NCBI RefSeq assembly: GCF_000372725.1
Contig: NW_005201349.1
Span: forward strand, 384,723-411,439
Direction: 5' to 3'
DNA: 26,717 nt
Source of the DNA: Emiliania huxleyi CCMP1516
Lineage: Eukaryota
Part shown: positions 10,737-19,749 of the stretch, piece after piece
Layout: every line of letters starts with the position of its first letter
Numbering within the stretch: position 1 is the first letter of the stretch
Notes under the pieces: generated by a model
Told to the model about the DNA's origin: nothing
Database searches by the model: none
Seen by the model: only the letters and a program-made list of their open reading frames with translations
Position numbers and translations under genes: made by a program

Positions 10737-11857
10737 AGAGGGTGGCGACGGCGGCGACGGCGGCGACAGAGGCGGCGAGGGCGGCGAGGGCGGAGGCGAC
10801 GGCGACGGCGGCGGGGAGGGCGGTGGCAGCGGTTGCGGCGGCGGCGGCGGCGCACTGCCGGGTGGAAAGGGCGGCGGCGGGCAGGCAGGATTGAAGAGGC
10901 CAAAGTGAACTTTCACGCAAGTGCTGTCGGGCACACAGTAGGACCACCAGTGAGATGCAACCTTCCCGACGGTGGCGGTGGGCGTGCAGTCCTCGGAGAC
11001 GACTTCGCACCTGAGAGTGCGATTTGGCGGGAGGTCGCGGGTGCGTTCGGTGCGCATGTCGTGGTTGTTAGAGAGTGTGTAGTCTGTTGGGTGTGTTAGT
11101 AACGGCGAGTCGATGAAGTTGAGTGATGAGGGGCGAGAGGAGGGTATGTGTGTGTCGACGAAGAGGTGTTGAGACGAGGGGGCGCACACCACGGGTCGTC
11201 GCCGTCGCAGGACGTGGCCGGGCAGCCGAATTGGTTTGTGCACCGTGTATCGTACAGGTGCGCATCCCATTGGACGTCGCAGCGGCACGGCGGTGGTGGG
11301 GTTGGCGGCGGGCTCGGCGGCGCCGGCGGCCGTGGCGGAAGACGGGGTGGGATCGGAGGTGAAGGCGGCGTGGAGGGTGGCGACGGCGGCGATGGCGGCG
11401 ACGGCGGCGGCGAGGGCGGCGAGGGCGGGGAAGGCGGAGGCGACGGTGGCGGCGCGCCGGGCGGCGCAATGGGCGCGGTGCAGTAGGTCCAGCCCCCCTG
11501 GCCGTGCGAGCCGTTGCAGCCCGGGTTGCTCACGGGGCACCACGTCCCTTGAGGATCTTCGTCACAGGGCACCCGCATGCAGCCGATTTGGTTGGTGCAC
11601 CGCGGGTCGTGTTCCGCAGTCGACCAGTAGTCAAGGCACTTACAGACCTGCCCGAGGCCCGTCAGGCTCAGAGACGGCATCGACGGGCTGTTGCAGTCAA
11701 CCCGAACACACTGAGCGCCGTCCAGCACCCAGACTCGGATCTTTGTTAGTGCCTGCGGCGGTATCGAGGTCTCGTGAGTTTTGGCACACGGACTGATAAA
11801 TTCGGCCCCGCCGCCCCCATCGCCGCCGCCGGGGCTGCGGCGGCCTCGGCGGACCAT
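9108..11857 (-). CDS. Extensin-like Ser/Pro-rich single-pass membrane protein with two Cys-rich repeats and a PAN/apple-like module; start codon uncertain
   Basis: Two repeats of the form CxC..W...DxRCTNQxGC...CD.D..WC.V...C....W.YC, the second joined across a GT-AG intron at 11011-11189. These are followed by long (SPPP)n tracts, a Cys module (CSGHENSY...KCCDAS...CTLFRG), a TM helix VALMVTCLIILLLCCCIVCYL, HRRRRR and a tail with several TPR motifs. Confidence 0.75.
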
Positions 11858-11916
11858 CCGACGCGCCGCGTGAGCGCGTGAAACGGCCTGTCGGCGAAGG
11901 CGACTCGCGCTGGCAC

Positions 11917-12088
11917 CCTACTGTCTGAATACGTTTTCCACGTATTCCAAATGACCTCCCAGAGGCCTGTATTCCACCCGTATTCCACCCGTATTCCACG
12001 TATTCCATGGAATACGCCGTATTCCAAGCTCCAAAAATGGACGTATTCCGTATAAAATTTTCTTCGCTCCGCGAATTCAGACAGTAGG
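11917..12088. mobile_element. 172-bp MITE with perfect 14-bp TIRs and an 8-bp target-site duplication
   Basis: TIR CCTACTGTCTGAAT (11917-11930) / ATTCAGACAGTAGG (12075-12088); flanking direct repeat GCTGGCAC at 11909-11916 and 12089-12096; internal (C)GTATTCC repeats. Confidence 0.85.
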
Positions 12089-12203
12089 GCTGGCACGTGC
12101 ACAGAGGGATGTTCACATACGCGGCTACACGTGTGGGCGCCTATCTAGGGGAACATACGCGCCCCATGCGTGGGCGTGTATGTCACGCGGTACGCGGCTG
12201 CGA

Positions 12204-12305
12204 GTGCAGCCGCCTATGTTGGCCAAGATAGGCGGCTGCACGTGTGGCGCGAGTACCGCTATACGCGTCTGCACGTGTGGCCGCGTATCTTGGCTAAGAT
12301 ACGCG
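12204..12305. repeat. Two related palindromes centred on TTGGC(C/T)AA
   Basis: GTGCAGCCGCCTAT-G-TTGGCCAA-G-ATAGGCGGCTGCAC (12204-12241) and CGCGTATCTT-GGCT-AAGATACGCG (12282-12305). Confidence 0.8.
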
Positions 12306-12435
12306 CCGGCACAGAATGACACGTATCAGGCCCCGCCGAGCTCGATGAACGCCAGCGGGTGAGGGCGGCTATTCTCCCCCGAGGCAGGCGAGGATACGCA
12401 GTCCCTCGTGTCGCGCGTGTAATGGGGGACTAGCA

Positions 12436-12949
12436 CTAGCCGTCTTCCACATGGTCCCTCGGGTCCCTGCTGCTCCTAACGATCTCTTCGTACATCCTCC
12501 TGCTGATCTCCGCAACGTCCTGCTCCCTCCCTCGTCTCGCCCTGCGCGTCTGCCCCAACTCTCCCCCGTCGTCTGCCCTGCGTCGTCTGGCGACTGGTCC
12601 TCCATAGTCGGTTGAGGTCGCCGCCCTCCTCGTGCCTCTTCCCAACGTTCCCTCGGCGGTCGATGCCGTCTGGTCCGCCTCCGCCGTCCCCGGGTCTGAC
12701 CTGCCCTCGTCTGCACTAGCTTCTGTTTCGTCATCACTGGCGCCTCTCCTCTTCTTTCTCCTCTTCTTGTATGCTTTGTACATTGCGTCGATTCCTTTTC
12801 GCGTGAGCACCACCCTGAAGCTCGCCCAGCAGCGGAACCGCTCCCTAAGTCGAAGGAGCATCATCAGTCTCACCCACTTCGCTCGCTGCCCACTGTCTCC
12901 GCTCCCTCCCGCTTGAGCTGCCGTCGCGGTGCGGTCCTCGTTCGTCCCA
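12436..12949 (-). pseudogene. Charged, basic ORF fragment of unknown origin (possible mobile-element ORF end)
   Basis: Open frame ...WVRLMMLLRLRERFRCW...YKKRRKKRRG...HVEDG-stop abuts the DUF1800-type fragment in a different frame. Confidence 0.3.
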
Positions 12950-13640
12950 CTGGACGCTCGTGGGTAGCGACGCGAAGCCGACAGCGTCTCCAAGCCGGCC
13001 GAGCCGTCCCATGTACTGCTCGTTCTTGCTCCACTGCGTCATGAGATGGTGGTGAGGGAAGCGGATCGTGGAAGTGCCGCCCTCGGCGGGGCTGACGATA
13101 GGGTTGGGCCGTCCACCCTTTGCGGCCTCTTTGTTGCCCTCATGGTTGCTCGCCTGTGGACACGCCGTGGACATGTCACCGACATACGGGACGGAGGAGG
13201 GAAGCACAAGTGCCTCGCGCCCAGTACGAGAAGTCGCGCACGTCCAAGTGGTCCGGGTGCACGTGCGTCCAGCAGTCATTGTCGACGGTGAGCGAGGCGC
13301 CGACGGTGTCTTCCGGGAGGCACTCGCGGCTGCTGTCGACGGTCACATCGCGGACATACGGGTTGGTCGTGTCGCTGCTGCCCGCGATAGCGTTGGCGAT
13401 CGTGTCCCGCGTCGCCGTGTCGAGCGGCGAGTCAGCGTCGCACGGCCCGTCAGCAAATTCCCACCGCGTGGTTGCGGCGGAGCAGGGCGACTCGTCGTAC
13501 GGCGCCTCGAGGCGAAGCCCCTTGACGACGTAGACGTACTTCCTGCTGCGCGTGTAGAAGGCGCGCAGCGTCGAAGCATTGAGCTGGAGCAGCTGACTAC
13601 CGAACACGAGCGGGGCGCACGTCTCTTGCATCTTGCACTT
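12950..13640 (-). pseudogene. Internal fragment of an algal DUF1800/DUF1501-type giant protein, two exons (GC-AG intron 13154-13220)
   Basis: YVYVVKGLRL...CWTHVHPDHLDVRDFSYW|ASNHEGN...NPI...IRFPHHHLMTQW...LGRLGDAVGFASLPTSVQ resembles, from memory, conserved blocks of these proteins. No cognate start or end lies in the window. Confidence 0.5.
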
Positions 13641-14167
13641 TCCGGACCGCGCGTCAAAAAGGTCTTTGCGACGTTAGGGCAGCCCGACTTGTAGGTCAGC
13701 TCCGACTCTGCGCCCGCAGCGGGGCTATCGAGCGTATTCTGCTCGAGGTGGAGGCGGCCATCAAACCGCCAGTACTCGCTCCCCTTAGTTCGGACGATAG
13801 AGGCCGTGCAAGGCGGCAGCGTCGGCTCGCCGACGAGAGCATCGAGGACAGCGGCGTCGGCGACGCCGGCGATGGTCCCTCGGAGTTCACGCGGAGTAGG
13901 CTAGGGCTTACCAGACAGAGTCGCGGGTCGAAACTCGAAAGTATTTTTTCGATTTTTCTCTAACACAGGAACCACCGGAGCCGGGAAGGGAAGGCCCTCC
14001 CACTCTCTCGGAGGAGTGGGCCGAGGGGAGCGGGGCGCGCGCGCCGTCGCCGTGCGCGTGCACGTCCTGGAGGTGGGCCACGAGCCACGCCCAGGTGAGG
14101 CAGACAGAGACGACGAGTGGGCAGAGCAGGAGCAGGAACTGACAGTGCCGCAGCAGCAGCTGCTGGT

Positions 14168-14297
14168 CCTATGCCTTGCCTATGGGTCTCTCCTGATTCA
14201 AGGCCCGCCAACGTAACCTATGCCTTGCCTATGGGTCTCTCCTGATTCAAGGCCCGCCAACGTAACCTATGCCTTGCCTATGGGTCTCTCCTGATTC
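14168..14297. repeat. 49-bp tandem repeat, about 2.6 copies, at the 3' end of the multi-TM gene
   Basis: CCTATGCCTTGCCTATGGGTCTCTCCTGATTCAAGGCCCGCCAACGTAA starts at 14168 and 14217, with a partial copy at 14266. Confidence 0.9.
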
Positions 14298-15377
14298 CGA
14301 GGACCACGCTGACATGCCACACGAAACCTTGTCGCTGAAGTACTCGCTCTCGCTGCCGCCAGAGGAGCCAGGCACGATGGGACGGAAATGCGCAGCGGAA
14401 ATGGCAGGCTCTGCGTGCGGGACGGTGGCGGCGGAGGGCTCGCTGCGAGAGTCGTGGCTGCTGCTGCCGGGGTCGCGTGCTTCTGGGGTCGGCTGATGGC
14501 TGCTGCTGGGGTGCACGCTCGGCAGAAGCGGCGTCAGCGCATCAGCGGCTGGAGCTCCGAGGCCTCGAGTCCGTGGGAGCGAAGCGTGGGAGGGGCCCGA
14601 GGCACGAGGCGCTTCGCTGCTCGACTCTGTCTCGGCGTCGGTAATTCCATCCTCGGAGGATGAGCTGTGCGTCGGAACCAGCATCCACGCTTGCTGCATC
14701 TCCAGGCGCCTCGACTCCTCGATCGCACCGAGGAGGTGCGCCTGCTGCTCCAGGAGAGCGGCCGTCGCAGCACCGAAGGGACGCGGAACGACGATGGCCA
14801 ACAGCCAGCCCACGACATATGGTATCGTGGTAGCAGGCAGCAGCAGCGTTAGCGCGGAACGGTTGGTCGTGAGCGCGCACAACAGCGTGCTGTTCAGTCC
14901 GCGCAGTGCCAGGAAGGCGGTGATATACCCAGCGGCGTGCATGGGGTCGATTCGCTGTGCGCCCTGACCGGCGCCGAGCAGCAGCGTCCCCAAGGCCATC
15001 AGCCACCACAGGTGTAGTCTGCTGTCCAAGCTGACTGCCATCTCCTCCTTGCAGGCCTCGCCGTCGACCGCAAGGCTGAGGAACGCTACCCCTTGATGAA
15101 GCAGAGGTAACCAGCACACCGCGCTTGACGCAGCCGCTGTGAACCGCCGGGACAGCACCAGGTAGGCGTGCACGAGGAAGCCCAGGATCATCGCACCCAG
15201 CTGCAGTGTGTTGGAGAGCGGGACGTGCCCACGACGCCGCTGGTACGCATACATGACGGCAAAGAGAGGCATCGGCAAGAGCTGAACCGCCGTTTTCGTA
15301 CATGCGGCATACGTGCGAAGCTCGCGCGCCGCACGAGACAGCTCGCCCCGCGCCGCAAAGTCGATCGGGATCGCCAT
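14247..15377 (-). CDS. Hypothetical multi-pass membrane protein (about 6 TM helices) with a Ser-rich disordered C-terminal tail
   Basis: 376-aa ATG-started ORF with several hydrophobic helices, then a short coiled segment and a low-complexity tail. It could extend to 13960 if the 49-bp repeats are spliced out. Confidence 0.65.
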   Translation of the reverse strand: MAIPIDFAARGELSRAARELRTYAACTKTAVQLLPMPLFAVMYAYQRRRGHVPLSNTLQLGAMILGFLVHAYLVLSRRFTAAASSAVCWLPLLHQGVAFLSLAVDGEACKEEMAVSLDSRLHLWWLMALGTLLLGAGQGAQRIDPMHAAGYITAFLALRGLNSTLLCALTTNRSALTLLLPATTIPYVVGWLLAIVVPRPFGAATAALLEQQAHLLGAIEESRRLEMQQAWMLVPTHSSSSEDGITDAETESSSEAPRASGPSHASLPRTRGLGAPAADALTPLLPSVHPSSSHQPTPEARDPGSSSHDSRSEPSAATVPHAEPAISAAHFRPIVPGSSGGSESEYFSDKVSCGMSAWSSESGETHRQGIGYVGGP

Positions 15378-16299
15378 GTCGGGGAATTCGGCGAAGTCGG
15401 AATTCGGCGAAGTCAGGCGGCCCGGCGGACTACCCGAGTACAGGAAAAAAGAGAAAGCGAGACCGCCTACCTACCTACCTACCCGCATACTAACAAGAAC
15501 ACAACGCACTCTCTCACATGACAAGCGATCCCACGTCAGCGATTGTGGGGACTACATGATTACATGAAGGGTGGAGGGGCCCGTCCGCAGAGCTAGGCGG
15601 CGCGGGCACCCCCCACCCACTGGGGCCGAGCGTAAGAAGCCGTTTGCCTCTTGCTTGTTCTTGACCCAATTGGCACGCGCTGGGGAGTTGAGCCAGTCTT
15701 TACGCCCATTGCGCGCCTGCTTGTTGATGTTCTCGGCGTCGCCCGCCACCGCCGCCATGCCTCCTCCGCGACTCCCTCAAGGCCGGGCGGGCCTCCTTCC
15801 ACCCAGCGAAGAGCTTCCTCAGCCACTCGATGTGTTCCTCTCTCTTCATTATGCGCGCCGTAGCCTCATCATTGAGCTGGATCCACCTCTGCACCGCTCC
15901 CGTCGCCGCCTCGGCCACGACTTGCAAGTTCCTCGTGACCCCGGTGCCAAGGTCTCCTCATCGCGGCACGCGCATGCGCATGTTGCCGCGCGCATGGCCG
16001 ATGCGTGCATTCATCTTTCTACCTCTTCTAGATTCTACCTCTTCGTGCATCTTCTGCTTGCGCTCTGTACTCGAGTATGTGTTTCTGCAGCTTGTGTCTG
16101 CTCCGATCGCGCTTGCGTGGTCATGGACTGGCGTTAGCCGGTCCGAACTCCTTGCAGCGGCCCAGGGGCGACACACAGACACACAAACTCACAAGACACT
16201 CTGCCCGCCCCCAAGACAAACGCGGCGTTCTGACATCAAAAAAGAAATAAACTTGCAATTTCGGCGTTTTTTGCGCTGCACCCTTCTGTACCCCGGTAC

Positions 16300-16758
16300 A
16301 TGTTGGCCGCTCTCGCCGTCGCCGCCTTGGCTGCGCCCGCGCCCTCCGACTTGCGCGAGGCGACGCCCACTCCGAAGGCGCGCGAGCCCACCTTCGCCCC
16401 GTCTCTGGCGCCGTGTGACGCCGGCTTCGTCCCGACGTGCAAGCAAGCGAAAGGCTTTGGTCTGTGCGACTCAGCCAACCTTACGGCCAACGCAGCGTGC
16501 AACAAGGCGTGCGTCGTAGGAGTGAAGATGACCTGCCCTATGACGTGCAGCCTCTCGAACGCGACGTCCGGGACCCCCTCCGACTACGGCAACCGCTTGC
16601 CGCCGGCCGCCACGGCGGCCATTTGCAGCACCTGCGCAGCTAAACCCGACCTCTCCTGCTGCCACGAGGGCAAGGACCGCCGCCGCCGCCGCCTGGGTGA
16701 TACCATGGGAATGCCGAATCGCGATGGTCAGGGCAGGCAGTGCCAATACCATGGGTGA
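16300..16758 (+). CDS. Small secreted cysteine-rich protein with an ShK-toxin-like module
   Basis: Signal peptide MLAALAVAALA, then CDAGFVPTCKQAKGFGLC...KMTCPMTC with ShKT-like spacing, further Cys residues and an RRRRRL motif. The 3' end is uncertain because GGGTGATACCATGGGAATGCCGA is duplicated (16696 and 16753). Confidence 0.6.
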   Translation: MLAALAVAALAAPAPSDLREATPTPKAREPTFAPSLAPCDAGFVPTCKQAKGFGLCDSANLTANAACNKACVVGVKMTCPMTCSLSNATSGTPSDYGNRLPPAATAAICSTCAAKPDLSCCHEGKDRRRRRLGDTMGMPNRDGQGRQCQYHG

Positions 16759-17355
16759 TACCATGGGAATGCCGATGTCAGTGTTTGCCGGCGGAGATTC
16801 CTCTTGCTTGCGACGTGCGCACTGTTTGTTTGCGCCTCGACGCGGACCCCCCTCTCTCTGGTGATGAAATGGTGTGGTGCCAGGACTCCGATGTGGACAG
16901 GAGGAAATTGTGTGAAACCTGGTGTAGGAGCTGGGGCCGGCGATTTGATTGGGCACGATGTGAATATTTTGTGTTCGTTTGCGGTCCGGCTCCATAGAGC
17001 CGTACACGACATAGCGGGTGGGGAGGCCCTAAAGCGGCGGGAGGGGTAGGGCTACTCTATATCGACAGCCCACGGTACTCGAATCCACGGTGCATGGAGC
17101 GATTCTCCCACACCGGTGCATGGAGACCCAAGGGTGGTCCTCCTTCGCGCTTTGGTCCCTAACCAAAAAAGCACGATTCTGAAGTTGGGCCCTCGAGCTG
17201 CTTGAGCTCGACGGGATGCTCCGAGCGCTCGAGCGCCTCGGCCGCCAGCGCCTCAAGCGTGCCGTCGAATGACGACAGGTCGCGAAAAAGAAAACTGGCG
17301 ATGGACGCGTCCTCGGGCTCGGCTCGGGGCCGCCCCGCGTCGACAGCAGGTCGCC

Positions 17356-18929
17356 ATGAGCTGCGTCATCTGCCTCGTAGATTTTCCTGCGGGCGCGGCC
17401 AACCTGGTTTGTGGACCTCCCGCACCTTACCCTTACAGGCCACCATAAGGGACCCCGTTGTCCGTTTGACATCAGACTTTTTTTGAGTTGGAGGTAATAA
17501 TTAAAAGGATTGCACTGTCCCAAAGAACTGATTCATTCATTTCACCCTCACATAGTAACAATACCTCAAAGTTGAAAACCTCCAAAATAGGCCGTCAGGA
17601 CTCTGTCAGGACTCCGTCAGGACTCTGTCAGGACTCTGTCAGGACTCCGCCAGGACTCCGCCAGGACAACCACTGCCCCCCCGCTGTGAACAGAGCCCTT
17701 AGCTAGAGAGTAGGGAGGGGTGTACAGTCGAGTTACTCCCGAGGGCAGGGACGGCCCTCCACTGAGGGAAAGGGCGCAACGGGGACGGTATGCTCACAAC
17801 CCAGCCACGCAGCTCTTTGCTCGCGTACAGCCAACGAGTTTGCTGGTCCACAGGCAGGCCAGGCCGTGAGCGTGGGCCGGTCGGGCCTGATCCTGCGGTG
17901 AGCACTGGAGGGCTATGCGGCTCGCTCCGTCAGCCGACTTGCGCTGTCGAGCGGTCGAGCGCTTCGGGTTGGACCCGCGGGAGGGTCCCTGCGCGGCTGA
18001 CATGGCCAGCCAAGCCGTGTGCGCTGCCGTGGGCGCTGTCGTGGGTGCTGCCGTGGGTGCTGCCGTGGGCGCTGCTGTGGGCGCTGCCGTGGGCGCTGCC
18101 TCGGTCAGCAGTCGGTCAGCAGTCGGTCAGCAGTCGGTCCGCTGCTCGGCGCTGGCCTGCAGGCCGCCGGTGGCAAATCGGGGGGGCGCGGGCCATGGAC
18201 GTCGTGGCCGAGCTTTGCTGCCTTCTTGCACGTTGCCGGCTGTAACGTTGCCTGCACCATGGCCGCGCCTCTCTTGCTTGTGCGCTTTCATGGTCGAGCC
18301 GAGTGGCGCGAGAGTGAGCGTGATTTCTTTTGTCTGTCTGGACTCTAAGTTTCTGTCAGGACTCTCAAGTTTCTGTCAGGACTCTCAAGTTTGCTTGTCA
18401 GGACTCTCAAGTTTGCTTGTCAGGACTCTCAAGTTTGCGTCAGGACTGCCCCATCAGGACGATTCCGCAGAGGGCGCGCACGGTCGAAAGGGGGGCTGGG
18501 CGTCTATCATTCACTGCTGGGGGGGAGGGGAAGGAGGGTTGCAGTGAAGGAAGGTGGAGGTCTCGTCGGAGGCACTTGTGAGCACTGTGAAGACCGTGCG
18601 CCGTCAGGACCCCGCCAGGACTCTGTCAGGACTCTGTCAGGACTCTGTCAGGACTCTGTCAGGACTCTGTCAGGACTGTCAGGACAGGTGCGGGAGGTCC
18701 ACAAACCAGGTTGGCCACCAAGCTGTGCTGCGCCAGTGACCACGCAATCTGCGGTGACTGCTTTGGGCCCTACCTGCTGACGAATGCGGACAAGCTGGGC
18801 AAGACCGACCTCCTCGCGTCCAAGGCGGAGGCGGCGGAGATCACAGGGGACGGAAGTCGGAACGCTCACCGAGCGCCTGGCCGGGTTTGGGAGTTATGCT
18901 TAGGCACCCACCCTGATGGGAAGCAGTGA
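17356..18929 (+). pseudogene. RING-finger-like ORF split by the TIR element (17356-17400 joined to 18717-18929)
   Basis: Removing the element and one GGCC gives the in-frame MSCVICLVDFPAGAA|TKLCCASDHAICGDCFGPYLLTNADKL (CxxC...CxxxHxxCxxC). The final Cys pair is not evident. Confidence 0.7.
17401..18712. mobile_element. 1312-bp non-autonomous DNA transposon with perfect 27-bp TIRs and a GGCC target duplication
   Basis: AACCTGGTTTGTGGACCTCCCGCACCT (17401-17427) / AGGTGCGGGAGGTCCACAAACCAGGTT (18686-18712), with GGCC on both flanks. Internal TCAGGACTC arrays at about 17595-17667, 18340-18447 and 18604-18685, plus GCCGTGGGCGCT and TCGGTCAGCAG repeats. No transposase seen. Confidence 0.9.
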
Positions 18930-19326
18930 GCGCTGTGGTCAGTTGCGCTTTGTGCGCCGGTGACGCTGCAGGGGCGACGACGCTGCAGCGGCGAGCCGAC
19001 GCTGCTGCGGTGCTGCGCCTAGGCACCGGCGCTGTCCGGAGAAGGTGCATGGTCCTTCCTGACTGCCCATGCGCGCGAGGCTGTGTAGGCATAGCCTCGA
19101 GAGTGCCAGCAGCCAGTCGCCGAGGCAGTTTGTGACGCGCATTGCGTCAGAAGCGTGCACGCGCTGGAAGGACACCTTCCTACTGGCCGTACGATCAGGT
19201 CGTCACTGAATGGTGGATACTAAGGCCGCGAGCTATGCAGGTGGTCAATTGTGCAGCAGGGCACGGTCAGCAGCGCCGACAGGCTGTCGCAAGGCGTGAT
19301 AGCATGGCCGCAAGTTCGCCATTCCC

Positions 19327-19601
19327 GAAAACAAGTAAAAAATCGCGCAAAAAAGAAAAATGCAAAAAATCGGCGCCTGCGGCGGGCTTGGGGGACCCCA
19401 TCTCTCCCCCGCATGGGTACCCCCTAGGGCCCTCGCCTCCCCCCAGAGGCATCCAGGCATCTAAAGAATTCCTTGAAAACAAGTAAAAAATCGCGCAAAA
19501 AAGAAAAAAAAGTCAAAAAAATCGGCGCCTGCGGCGGGCCGTGGGACCCCATCTCCCCCCCGCATGGATACCCTCTAGGGCCCCCGCCTCCCCCCAGAGG
19601 C
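19327..19601. repeat. Tandem duplication with about 148-bp period, containing A-rich tracts and AAAAAATCGGCGCCTGCGGCGGG
   Basis: Both copies run from GAAAACAAGTAAAAAATCGCGCAAAAAAG (19327 and 19475) to CGCCTCCCCCCAGAGGC. Confidence 0.85.
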
Positions 19602-19749
19602 TAGTGGTAGGCTAGTCCCCCATCCGAGGGAGGACGACCCCGGCTAGTCGCCGACCACACCCACAAAGAACCCTGCACAAAGACCGCAGGGCGGGGACCT
19701 GTTCCTTTTTACCCATCTCCTAGTAGAGGTGTCCGTTTTATTTATTTAT

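Noticed and set aside
9566..11010. Long Arg-, Ala- and Gly-rich ORFs in other frames
   Set aside because: Alternative frames of the Ser/Pro repeat region.
15552..15960. Protein-like frameshifted minus-strand ORFs
   Set aside because: No recognisable family and no supportable splice model.
17595..18685. CRISPR-like appearance of the short repeat arrays (also 14168-14297 and 21935-22045)
   Set aside because: No unique spacers, no cas genes and a eukaryotic context; these are tandem repeats.
17397..18716. TIR element being spliced out as an introner
   Set aside because: The AG at 18708-18709 has no GT or GC donor near the left end in the phase needed to restore the RING frame.
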